From Octopus vulgaris (lineage: Eukaryota): DNA of 64,000 nucleotides. This document shows, in pieces, positions 39,427 to 51,929 of this stretch. Numbering within the stretch: position 1 is the stretch's first letter; each line of letters starts with the position of its first letter. A program made the translations under genes and the position numbers. The stretch spans positions 53,010,001-53,074,000 of the forward strand of contig OX597826.1 in NCBI GenBank assembly GCA_951406725.2. Direction: 5' to 3'. The notes under the pieces were generated by a model, which ran no database searches, was not told where the DNA came from, and worked only from the letters and a program-made list of their open reading frames with translations.

Positions 39427-39983
39427 ATGCCCTGATGCAGTACCAGGCAGTGGCTCTCATGGCTTCTGATCTTAACTGATTGGAAGTGTTATCATGTACA
39501 TTGTTTTGTCTTGGTATAAAAGATGGGCTACAGCAAATATTCTGCTCAATACCATAGAGTTGCTTGTCAGTTGTTTGACCTTAACCAATTGAGCATGTCC
39601 CTTAGTGGCTGGCGATATGTGCATCTCTGATCACGAGCAGAAGTAGTGGGGGAGCATCATAGCCATGTGTTGAGAGGGATTCTTTGGGGTTTGAATAATT
39701 CACCTCTGGGAACATGGGTGGTTCTTTCAACATCCTTAAATAACCCTTATTCAGGGATCTTTTGAGCGGGATGGGCTACTCAACCTGAAGAAATTTCTAA
39801 CTGGGCCCCACCTGCAACGTCATGTGCTGTTTATCTTGATATGAGATCACCATGTCGCGCACGTATGGTTGTGATGCATGTGCCTGGTGTACCCTTATCA
39901 GACGGGTAGTCATGATGGGTATATTGGGCTTTGTATATTTTACCCCAGTGTCACTTTGATGGCATGAACTGCTCTCTCACTCA
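39427..39983. mobile_element. Non-coding interspersed repeat flanked by (AAT)n
   Basis: An inverted, diverged fragment occurs at ~22345-22450; no ORF; orientation unknown. Confidence 0.55.
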
Positions 39984-39999
39984 ATAATAATAATAATAA

Positions 40000-40930
40000 C
40001 TCGTTGAAGACCACGAGAGACGTAAGAAGCTTCATTCTATTATGAAAGAGAGCAGAAAATTTAATAGTGCGTCCATGCATAATACCAGGGTTGCACAGCA
40101 GATGGAAGTGCGGTAAACGTAGTTGCAAAGGTGAAATTAATGGCAAAACAAAATGTTTTTGAACTATTAGCTGATAGGTGGGAACAAAAACTTCTGTATG
40201 ACAAATATGAAGCCCGTAGCAAACAAGCTGATGTAGACCAGAAACACACCCATCAGTGGCTATGGATCTCAGAGCTAAAGACAGAGAGCGAAGGCTTTAT
40301 CTTGGCTGTTCAAGATCAGAGCTTATTGACCGGCACTATCAAGCCAACTTGATAAAAAATGGAGTAGACCCAAAGTTCCGACACTGCAACGACGGGATTG
40401 AAACAGTGGAACACCTAATCTCTGGGTGTAAGGTTTTAGCACCTGTAGAGAACAAAACATGACATGACAGAGTTGGCTATTATCTACACTGCGGCATTAT
40501 AAAATCCAAGCTGTTGACAAACGGTACAATCACTGCCCTAAAGCTGCAACTGAGGAGGAAAATGTAATGATCCTTTAGCACTTTCCAATATACACAGACC
40601 GGACCATCAAAGTTAATAAACGAAATATTGTTATGAAAGACCAAAACAGTGAAGTTTGTTTATTCATTGACATGATCATACTCTGTGATCATAATATCTC
40701 GGCAAAAAATTTGATAAGCTCAGAGAATATAAAGATTTGCTAATCGAAATCGAAAAGATATGGCATCTCAAGACGGTTACAATCCTAATGATTGTAGGAG
40801 CACTTGAAATGATAAAAAATTAACTGATTATTTGAGAATGATACCTGGCTCACCACCCACGCAGGAAGTGCAACAGATTATCTTAAATGGTATGTTGCAG
40901 GTACCTGGAAGAGCTTTGTCGCTATAAATT
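40000..40930 (+). mobile_element. Degenerate Dong/R4-like RLE retrotransposon 3' fragment
   Basis: LKTESEGFILAVQDQSL, ETVEHLISGC, HD, KYKDLLIEIEKIWHLKT-like; starts at (AAT)n. Confidence 0.75.
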
Positions 40931-41132
40931 GTCTTCCCTTTTTCATTTCACATTGCTCTAGTCCCCCTTCGAACAGGGAGGGGTGGTTACTCTGCTCACC
41001 TAGCTAGCGGGGTGCCGTCATTTGAAGACTAAAACAATGCAAAGGCACATTGTGACCAGGGATGTGTAACATCTGATAGCCTGGTCGGTCGCGTGATCAC
41101 GTGAATTCTTCAGCGCAGTTCTCTCTCTCTCC

Positions 41133-41182
<50 letters not shown>

Positions 41183-42498
41183 GTTTATTCCGTCAATACA
41201 CGTAGTTTAATGTGTTCCGTTTATGCTCAAAAATAGGATTGTGATTTCAGTTGTCGGGTGGAAAGACACGTTACCGAAGTCTCCTAAACAATAAATGAGT
41301 TGCAGTTGGGTATGGGTGCTGGCTGCTAATCCCCTTACAGTCACATCCTGGATGTGCCGCTAAGTCGAGAATATGCGCGATGGCAGGGTCCTTATGTGTG
41401 CACACAATTATATAGGTACATAAGACAAGAAGAGAAAGAGTTATAGATTTATAGATTTATTTCTTGCCTTGTTTTCAAAAATATTTCTATAGCTGATTAT
41501 TTAATTTATGTAATTACAAATTAAATGCATATATATTTACCATATATAATGTGACTGTATTTAACAAAATACCAAAAAGTAGAAGTTTTGAGTCGCCTTG
41601 TCATTCTAAAGTTGCACACTTTCACTTTTTGATTATACCGGGCATTAACGTATTTTTGACATCGTCTCTAATACCGGTTTCCTCATAAATAAGTACCAAT
41701 AAATTATTACAAATAGCCTAGGCACCTTAATGAATTTTATACAGTAATTATACTAATTGCTTATAATTATGGTCGAATTATGATTTTTTATTATTATCAT
41801 CATTCTTTTTTGTTATTAGATTTCCGTGTTTGCTTATCCGAGTTCTCTACATTTAAACTATTATCACCTCAGTTTCTTCAAATTTAAAAAAAAATCTATT
41901 CAGTCTCTCTCTATTTCTCTCTCTCTCTCTCTCCCTTTCCCTCTCTTTCTCTCTCTCTCCCTTTCCCTCTCTTTCTCCCTTTCTCTCTCTTTCTCTCTCT
42001 CTCTCACTCTCCTTTTAGTCTCTAACTTTTAGATATTTAACTTCCAATTAAACTCTATTACCTTTCCTAATTATATTTTCAAATTTAAGTATTTGCCTTT
42101 TCTCAGGTTAATCACAATTTTACCGCTGTTGTGTGTGTGCAAGAGAATGTAAGAGTTCACTTGATACCCTTAATGTCCTTAATTTTTTTTTTATCATAAA
42201 CTTAACTCTTTCTCTTCTAGAAACTCTTTTTCTATTTCTTCCTTTTCATTGTTTTCTATCTCCATGCTCTTTTTTTTTAATGTAAATTCAGGAATCATTA
42301 TCGTAAGAGAAAACATCACAAAGAATTATTTAATTTGTCCGTCTTGTTTTCTTTCTTTTATCCTCCCTTTTTCGCCTTCATCCACCTCTTCCTCTTCATC
42401 TTCTGCTGTTTTATTTCATTCTCCTTCCTTTACTCTTTCAATCATCGTTTTCCATCTCTTCCTCTTTCTTTTAATATAGATTTCGTTAGAATTTTGAC

Positions 42499-42560
<62 letters not shown>

Positions 42561-42580
42561 TAACTTCTAGCGAAATCTAA

Positions 42581-42623
<43 letters not shown>

Positions 42624-42651
42624 TTGAACTTCTACCGAAATCTATCTATAT

Positions 42652-42737
<86 letters not shown>

Positions 42738-42742
<5 letters not shown>

Positions 42743-42943
42743 TCCAAACATGAAAACACCTAGAGAAAACACAACAACGCGAGGACGTGGAACAAATATA
42801 GTATTATTGGACGCTCAAGAAGGAAGGGAAGAAGAAGGGTTTTACGTTTCGAGCAGAGCTCTTCGTGAGAAACATAGGAAAAGGAAAGATCCAGAGAAGG
42901 GAAGAAGGAGGAAAAAAATCGCCAACTGTACACACGCGGTCAC
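42738..42943 (-). mobile_element. Family E HHR-bearing element (subfamily 2) in (TA)n
   Basis: Minus strand 42839-42873: GTTT-CTCACGA-A-GAGC TCT GCTC-GAAA-CG-TA-AAAC. Confidence 0.7.
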
Positions 42944-43030
<87 letters not shown>

Positions 43031-43034
<4 letters not shown>

Positions 43035-44910
43035 GTAGCACCAACAATCATAAAATTCATAGAGCACTCTATGAATAAATGGCAAACAGTCCTACACCTC
43101 CAAACAAAAGAGGGACTCATGAAAACCAAAGACATCCCCATTAGAAGAGGAATATTCCAGGGAGACACGCTCTTTCCACTCCTTTTCTGCTTGGCACTGT
43201 CACCTCTATCTGATATGCTAAATAGAACAGGATGCAGATATAAATGTTACGGCAAAACGATCAGCCACCTTTTATATATGGATGACCTAAAACTATACGC
43301 TGCAAATGACAAACAGCTGGAAACACTATTAAAGACAGTTCATGGATTTACCAAAGAAATAGATATGAAATTTGGATTAGAAAAATGCGCCAAAGTAACC
43401 ATGAAAAGAGGAAAACTAGTTAAGAGTAACAACATCACACTAGATAAAACCAATGAAATAAAAGAATTAGACCAAAGCCAAACTTACAAATACTTAGGAA
43501 TCCATGAACTAGATAAGACACAACACACACAAATGAAAGAGAAAATAAAAAAGAATATTATAGACGAGTTAGATCAATACTAAACACAGAGCTCAATGCT
43601 AAAAACAAGATAATAGGTATCAACACTTTAGCTGTCCCAGTTATAAGTTACAGCTACAATATCCTTAACTGGACACGAAATGAACTGACCAAAATAGATA
43701 GGAAAGCAAGAAAAATAATGACAGGATCTAGGATGTATCACCCAAAATCTGACATAGAAAGACTATATATACAACGTATAGAAGGTGGTAGAGGCCTTAT
43801 ACAGCTGGAAAACTACTATAAAATAACCACCATAGGATTGCAAAAATATCTACTTCAGAAGGAAGGAAAACTGATCCAGATAGCGGCAAAACACGAGCAA
43901 AACAAAAAACTGTTCTCAGTATTTAAGGAAGCTGACAAATACAAACAAGAAATCATACCACCTAATAAACATGAAGAAGAAGAAGAAGATGAAGAAACAA
44001 CAAAAGCCATAAAACAAATGAAATCCAAACTAAAAATAGAACAGCAACGAACCATGATAAAACGATGGCAAGAAAAGCCCCTTCATGGTAAATACTGGAC
44101 TAAACTAAACGCAAAAGAAATAGACAAAGAAAAATCCCAGCAATGGTTGAGAAGCTCAGGACTCAAAGCAGAAACAGAGGGATTTTTAATTGCAGCACAA
44201 GACCAAAACCTCCCCACCAGAAATTACCAAAAACATGTAATGAAAAGAAATATTACAAGTAACTGCAGAATATGTGGAGATGGACAAGAAACAATAAATC
44301 ATATTATCTCTAGCTGCCCAGTCTTGGCTAAGAAGGAATATATTCACAGACATGACAGAGTTGGAAGCTATGCCAACATTATGGAATAACAACAGAAAAA
44401 AGATGGTATAGGCACACACCAGAAAAGGTCACAGAAAACGAGAAAGCAACCATACTCTGGGATATGCCGATACACACAGATAGAGAAATTAAGGCCAACA
44501 GACCAGATATAGTTGTCAGAGATCATGAAGAAAAAAATGCTTTCTAATTGATGTATCAATACCGGCTGATGACAACGTGTCTCTAAAAGAAATGGAGAAA
44601 CTCTCAAAATACAAAGACCTGGAAATGGAGGTAACTAGAATGTGGAATCTGAAAACAGAAACAATTCCTATCATAGTAGGTGCATTAGGCATGATAAAAA
44701 AATATTCAGACAAATACATAACAAAAACACCAGGACTTACAAACACATATAACATACAGAAAATTGCACTACTAGGCACTGCACACATCCTACGCAGAAC
44801 ACTTTCCATACAATAACCATCAGAGCATCACAACAAATCACAGCACATACCCAAGGCACACAGAGCTGTGCTCGGTAGTGAAGTGAAAGCACGCTATAAA
44901 AATAAAACTA

Positions 44911-44915
<5 letters not shown>
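43031..44915 (+). mobile_element. Dong/R4-clade RLE non-LTR retrotransposon, 5'-truncated, inserted in (AAT)n
   Basis: RT motifs GIFQGD and YMDDLKLY, zinc knuckle CRIC..ETINHIISSC, RHD, RPDIVV..DVSIP endonuclease, KYKDL, QKIALLGTAHILR. Few frameshifts; (AAT)n on both sides. Confidence 0.9.
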
Positions 44916-44971
<56 letters not shown>

Positions 44972-45239
44972 TAATTATTAGTCATGTACCAGGTTTCATT
45001 GTTACCACTTACATAATTACGTACGTAAATGTTCGCAATTTATCAGTGTGACCGTCATAGCAAATATAATTTGCAGAACTATACACGAGACGTCCACACG
45101 AGATTGAATAGGCATATAGCTTTGCCATTTATATTTGGAGGTATATTTAAATGTTTTCGTTATGGCGCACCAAAAACCGGAAATAATTCTGCAGTGAATC
45201 CTGCCAGTTAGAGAGCTTGGTTAAGTTTAAATAAATAAA

Positions 45240-45279
<40 letters not shown>

Positions 45280-45280
45280 T

Positions 45281-45361
<81 letters not shown>

Positions 45362-45368
<7 letters not shown>

Positions 45369-46318
45369 AAGGCCAAAAGAAAAAAATTCCAATGCCAAAT
45401 ATGCCGAAAATAGACTTAATCGTCAATAACCATATAATTCGTTACTATAAGCACGCGCTTCGAAGCAAGCCGACAGAGATTTCTAAAACAAATTCCGTTA
45501 TTATCGAATCGGCCCCGATTTCTGAGGTAATTCATAAGAATTTTCTCGTCGTCAGCGATAAATACGATAAGAAATAACTGAAATACTTACTTGTACCCAT
45601 GGAAGAAGCAAACACTAAGTCATGTGTACGCTTAAGTACCCCAAATATATGCAAAATAGATCGGGGCCGATTCGATAATAACGGAATTTTTTAGAAATTT
45701 CTGTCAGCTGGCTTCGAGACGCGTACTTATAGTGATGAATTATATGGTTATTGACGATTAAGTCTATTTTCAGCATATTTGGCACTGCAATTTTTTTCTT
45801 TTGCCCTTGTTTATAAGTTATTTATAAATTTAACGTTTAATGGTATTTATAAATATGCTTGCCATTGAAAAAAGTTTTTAGAAAATTTTATTCTATATTA
45901 GATGTAAATTTAATTCTGCAGCATTCCTCGAGACACGTGTGATCGGACTGAAAATTGTCATAGAGTGAGAGAGTCCGGAAGTATATTCACTTCCGGACTC
46001 TCTCACTCTATGAAAATTTTCAGTCCAATCACACGTGTCTCGAGGTGTTTCTATTTTGGATATATTTGGGCTACTTAAGTGTACCCATGACTTAGTGTTT
46101 GCTTCTTCAATGGATGCAAGTAAGTATTTCATTTATTTCTTATCGTATTTATCGCTGACGACGAGAACATTCTTATGAATTAACTCAGAAATCGGAGCCG
46201 ATTCGATAATAACGGAATTTTTTAGAAATTTCTGTCGGCTTGCTTCGAGACGCGTGCTTATAGTGATGAATCATATGGTTATTAACGATTAAGTCTATTT
46301 TCGGCATATTTGGCATTG
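45362..46318. mobile_element. Compound inverted-repeat element: A + short A' + tail + perfect hairpin + long A'
   Basis: A = 45362-45660; 45659-45815 = rc of 45362-45519; 46051-46318 = rc of ~45391-45660; starts at (TA)n. Confidence 0.85.
45926..46045. repeat. 120-nt hairpin: 57-bp stem, 2 mismatches, 6-nt loop
   Basis: CCTCGAGACACGTGTGA..CCGGAAGT ATATTC ACTTCCGG..TCACACGTGTCTCGAGG. Confidence 0.95.
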
Positions 46319-46589
46319 AGTGCTACTGGTAACATGTAGTTCAGTACAACCTGTCGCATGGTCGGATCGTCGGTGACTAAACTGACAACTCCACGAGGCT
46401 TGCTTGGTGAGGAGGGGGCTGTTGGACACCCTGCGGGAGGAAAAGTAAGACCTGTCAAAGGACGGATGAACTCTTGAACGACAGCCATCCAACAAAATGT
46501 CCGTAAATATGTATATATCTTTCTTTTTTATATTTGTATATATGTAAAATTTTACTTAATATATATATATATATATCCTGGTTTTGTCA

Positions 46590-47205
46590 ATTTTCATGTC
46601 ACACCGACGAAAGATGTCTTTAGCCAACAGGTGGGAGTAGTGCATTGCAAGCTACACCCACTGAAACTTATTCATCTGCACAGGTACTTCCTGTACTCTA
46701 TATCTTAGTAAAATCATTGAATTGGTTGTCTGGCAGGAACCTAAAAATACACTTGTAACTTACTCTAAAATGTCTCAAACAGATTCAGTAAATGGCAAAA
46801 CATACTTGGGAATCACATGTGGACACACATTCTCAACAAGATGATCTAACATGATCCTTGAAAGTATCTTCTCGGTATGTGCTAGAATAGTTATCCCTCT
46901 AGAATTACCACACACAGCTTTCGGGCCCTTACTCCTGTATATAGAGATTAGAATACCATTTATCTATTCTAGTGGCACAGAAGATTCATTCCAAATTCGA
47001 GTATTAGGGCTATGAATTTCAGATGAAATATAAACCCCACCTGTTTTCAGAATTTCAACTGGACTACCATCCAACCCAGGAGCTTTACCTGATCTCAGTT
47101 TAAATAATGCCAGATTTATTTCTTCAATGGAAGGTATATCATCCATGTGTTGCACAATCTCTCTTTGCGGAATGTTGTTTATGACATTCATGTTCACTAC
47201 GGATG
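46590..47205 (-). mobile_element. RTE-type LINE RT N-terminal fragment
   Basis: PSIEEI..A..KLRSGKAPGLDG and CGNSRGIT on the minus strand. Confidence 0.7.
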
Positions 47206-47307
47206 ATATCCATACTCACATACACATATGCATACATAGAGAAAATTATACACATATACGCATATATATGAATATATATATATATATATACATATATACA
47301 TACACAC

Positions 47308-47360
<53 letters not shown>

Positions 47361-47536
47361 GAGAGAGACAGACAGGCGTAGCGTTATTTCGTCCATTGTT
47401 AAATTCAGAGTTCAAATTCAGTCTCAATCGATTTCATAATTTCGGTGTCCATGTAATCGATTCATCTCCTCCCCTAAATTTCAGGCTTTTTACCCAGAGG
47501 AGAAATAAAATGAAAGTATATATGTATATATATATA

Positions 47537-48098
47537 TATGATATCGAAAAGGAGATCTCACGGAGAGTAAGGGCTGGATGGAAGGCGTTTAATGGCATAC
47601 GGGATGTGCTCTAGGGAAGGTTAGACAGGACCACCCACGCCAACCTCATTAACAGTGCAGTTCTGCCTGCAGTTATATGGTAGTGAAACATGGGCTACCA
47701 CAAAGAGAGAAGAGCAAAGACTGGTAACGGCTCAAAGAGCCATGGAAAGGTCAATGCTTGGTATCTCGTTGAGAGAGCACATCAGTAGCGAGATCATCAG
47801 AAAGAAGTCCGGCGTGAGAGATCTCATCGCAGAGTATACACGCAGCAAGTATAGATGGGCTGGACACGTTGCCCGGCTCACCGATAATCGGTGGACCCAC
47901 GCAGTTGTCGAGTGGTACCCGCGCGAGCGGAAAAGACCACCCAGAAGACCTCCACGACGGTGGAGTTACGATTTCAGGAGGACGATTGGGATCACGTGGA
48001 TGAGAAAGGCGCAATCCAGAGAGGAGTGGACAGCGTGCTGTGACCAGCGGTGTCAAATGGACGCCTGACGGACTGGTTGGTCAAGGTGATCAAGGTGA
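47537..48098 (+). mobile_element. RTE-clade LINE 3' fragment
   Basis: EISRRVRAGW, LYGSETW, RWAGHVAR, RPPRRW; ends in the short tandem repeat TCAAGGTGA x2. Confidence 0.85.
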
Positions 48099-48111
48099 TA
48101 TATATATACGT

Positions 48112-48207
<96 letters not shown>

Positions 48208-48394
48208 TTAATCAAAAATATTCACTGAGAATATTGGTAGGGAATATTGCTCTTGATAGGGAAATGTCTAAAACCTTATAAAGTAAGAGCAGGAAAAATT
48301 ACATCGAAAAACCACAGAAGATATATGTCCATAATATAAGTAATATATTAATAGATAAATATATAATGTATGATCATTTAAAAGGTTTGAGATA

Positions 48395-48482
48395 TCTTAC
48401 GCTCGTTTCATGATGTATTACCCTTCGAAATAAAATCCAACATTGCTAAACATTATTAGGTAATACATCCAGTCGTCAGAGA
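48395..48482 (-). ncRNA. Type I hammerhead ribozyme with intact CUGACGA/GAAA/GUA core
   Basis: Minus strand: TCT-CTGACGA-CTG GATGTATTACC..GGTAATACATC AT-GAAA-CG AG CG-TA-AGA; perfect 11-bp segment in stem II. Confidence 0.75.
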
Positions 48483-48512
48483 AAAGGGTGAATTTCCGTG
48501 TTGTCACTCGAA

Positions 48513-48655
48513 TGAGAGAGATGCTATGTAAAAACGTATGATAAATATGTTTTTAAAAGTTACTGTTATAGATGTGCATCGGTAAAAACTAGCACATCTA
48601 TACCACTAACGTTTTTAAACATCGTTATATACGTTTTTAAATAGCATCTCTCTCA
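48513..48655. repeat. Imperfect ~65-bp hairpin adjacent to the HHR
   Basis: TGAGAGAGATGCTAT..TATAGATGTGC / GCACATCTATA..ATAGCATCTCTCTCA. Confidence 0.75.
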
Positions 48656-48869
48656 ATACAGTTGTTTCCACACATCATTACACCCGTAGTACATAATTGA
48701 GATGATACAATGAGCATATTATGTAATCACAGTCATCGTCAAATATATATGGTGTGTATGTTCAGGTGATTATTTCATATAAGGGTTTCGTTAGATCATT
48801 CCGTGATTTCACTCTGCTTCAAATGAATACAGTGAGCTATTTTCAACAATTCGCAGACAAATAGGTTAA

Positions 48870-48919
<50 letters not shown>

Positions 48920-49011
48920 GTATGTGTGTGTGCGTGTGTATGTGTGCGTGTGTGTGCGTGTGTGTGCGTGTGTGTGCGTGTGTGTGTGCGTGTGTGTGTA
49001 GAAATAGAATA

Positions 49012-49085
<74 letters not shown>

Positions 49086-49097
49086 TGACAGACAGAC

Positions 49098-49186
<89 letters not shown>

Positions 49187-49428
49187 TACCTACATGAATA
49201 TCCAGATCAGCATTGTTATGAATTCAGTGTCTCATGAACACACATTTGTATAAAAGGAGGGATTCTTTCTCCCATAACGAAATCTAACAATGGCTACGTA
49301 TACGTTCGAACTGGCTGAAACGTACTAAGAATGAATGTGTAAGTCCTCGTTTTGTTTCTCGTCCTTCACCATACAAAGTACGATTTCTGAAATCAATAAG
49401 AGGATAAACACACACACACACACACACA

Positions 49429-49640
49429 CACATCTCACATGCACACATACACATATATAGCATGTATATACATACACACACACACAAATATATATACATA
49501 CATATACGAAAAAATCCAGTGAAATCCGTGAAGTCCACATCTCACATGCACACATACACATATATAACATGTATATACATACACACACACAAAAATATAT
49601 ATACATACATATACGAAAAAATCCAGTGAAATCCGTGAAG
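49429..49640. repeat. Tandem duplication of ~105 bp
   Basis: CACATCTCACATGCAC..AAAAAATCCAGTGAAATCCGTGAAG occurs twice. Confidence 0.8.
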
Positions 49641-49789
49641 GTAGAGTCAGTAGATCCAGTGATAATCCGGGTGGAGTACTGGCATGTGGATGAGGAGAGG
49701 TGCTGAATGTTCGGTAAGTGGTTCAGTCATGCAAGTTCAAAAGGTAAGACGTTCAGTCAGAATCAAACCAAATTTGATCGCTTAAATCT

Positions 49790-49960
49790 ACATGTCCTTT
49801 ACATTCTACTCTTTTTATTTTCTCTTGCTCCTTTCTGTTGAAGAGCGTAGGCTCGAAACGTTAAAAGACATTTTCATTTTGCCCGGGAGTCAAACTAATA
49901 CAATGGCTTGTTTTTCATACATCTATCTTCGTCTTCTGTTTTTCTATAAATTTCAACTAC
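49790..49960 (+). mobile_element. Family E HHR-bearing element
   Basis: 49831-49867 CTTT-CTGTTGA-A-GAGCGTAGGCTC-GAAA-CGTT-AAAAG; its 3' tail runs into (TA)n. Confidence 0.7.
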
Positions 49961-49977
49961 ATATATATTTATATATA

Positions 49978-50028
<51 letters not shown>

Positions 50029-50031
<3 letters not shown>

Positions 50032-50410
50032 AAACACTCCGTCGGTTACGACGATGAGGGTTCCGGTTGATCCGACCAACGAAACAGCCTGCTCGTGAAA
50101 TTAACGTGTAAGTGGCTGAGCACTCCACAGACACGTGTACCCTTAACGTAGTTCTCGGGGATATTCAGTGTGACACGGAGAGTGACAAGGTCGGCCCTTT
50201 GAAATACAGGTACAACAGAAACAGGAAGTAAGAGTGAGAGAAAGTTGTGTTGAAAGAGTACAGCAGGGATCACCACCATCCCTGCCGGAGCCTCGTGGAG
50301 CTTTAGGTGTTTTCGCTCAATAAACACTCACAACGCCCGGTCTGGGAATCGAAACCGCGATCCTACGACCGCGAGTCCGCTGCCCTAACCACTGGGCCAT
50401 TGCACCTCCA
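50029..50410 (-). mobile_element. tRNA-derived SINE family C
   Basis: Near-identical to 35898-36279. Confidence 0.9.
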
Positions 50411-50726
50411 CACACACACATATATATATATATATATACATGCATACATACATACATGCATGCATACATACATACATACATACATACATACATACATACA
50501 TACATACATACATACATACATACATACACACATACATACATACATACATACATACATACATACATACATACATAATACGGTGTTCAGTTGAATTCACACA
50601 AGTTATTTCTCCCGGTTTGTTACCATACGTTCGTTTATGGTTAATCCATAAGCTGCACTTATTATTTACAAATGAGTTTGATGCACAGAGACGCACGCAC
50701 ACACATGTGCGCGCACTTACAAAGAC

Positions 50727-50800
<74 letters not shown>

Positions 50801-51699
50801 TGATTGATTGACATTGTTTGGGAGAATGCAAATAATAAAGGAGCGATGATTTAATTAAATTTGATGATTGTAAAATAATGTTTGTACTAGATATAATTAT
50901 AAACAATCACTTAATGATAATTGATCTATGTCAGAGCCATATTTTCACTGCGCTGATACTGGCTGTCCCTCCCTTCTCTATAACTATATGCCTTCTTGTG
51001 TTAATTAGTTTCTTCAGTTACATTCATCTTTCTGAAAATGTTTGTAGGATACATCTACAGATTACTATCTCTCTCTTCCGTTCTTTCATTCTCTTCATTA
51101 AAACTTCATTCACACACACAGACACACACGCACGCACACACACACACACACATACACACACACGCACGTACATACATACACCACACACACACACACACAC
51201 ACACACCGAGAAATTGTTTAATTATATCACGTAATTGCAAAATGAAATGTCCCTTCGTTAATTATACATCTGAATGCGAATAAATATTCAAATGCAATCA
51301 AATATTTTTGTACTCGTCTCAGCAATATTTGCAAGGCTAAATATAACGATAATGTGGAGGAAGGAGTATGAAATGGTAGACCATTAAAGCAACAGCGTGT
51401 ATTCACTAGCAATGTTTTCTGTTGCTTACTTTACTGACATATTTAAACATTATTCCATAATTTAGATGTTTTTCAATAACATCATTTAAATGAATGCCAG
51501 CCATTTTGAAGTGAAAACGCGTTTGTGCCGGAGAAATATTTTAGATCTTACACGGATATTTATCTCTCTGTATGTCAACCAATTTCTTGGTAATTTATTA
51601 TTGCTATCCTTGTTGTTTTACTTCTCAGAGCTCTTGGTCTTACTTGCTCTTGTTCATTTTGTGAGAGCAGACAACAACCTGTTGTTTCTTTCTGCAACT

Positions 51700-51905
51700 T
51701 ATAAGTTCGATGTTAAATTATTGTGGAAGACACTAAATACTCAACCACCTTCAAGATCCTAGATGTCCCGATCTTGCTCTGGCCTCATGTAAATTCCGGT
51801 ATATTTCTCGAATGTGGTTGTTAGTGCTCCGAGTGCCCCCACAACTACTGAGATAACAGCTACTCTCCGCATTTCACACATTCTTGTAATTTCATCTTTA
51901 GTAGA
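51700..51905 (-). mobile_element. RLE retrotransposon C-terminal fragment
   Basis: Minus strand EITRMCEMRRVAVISVVVGALG. Confidence 0.55.
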
Positions 51906-51929
51906 CTGTATTATTATTATTAATATTAG

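Noticed and set aside
42624-43030. N-terminal part of the 319-aa ORF as a novel RT fusion
   Set aside because: It is chance read-through of (TA)n, an antisense family E element and (AAT)n into the truncated Dong RT.
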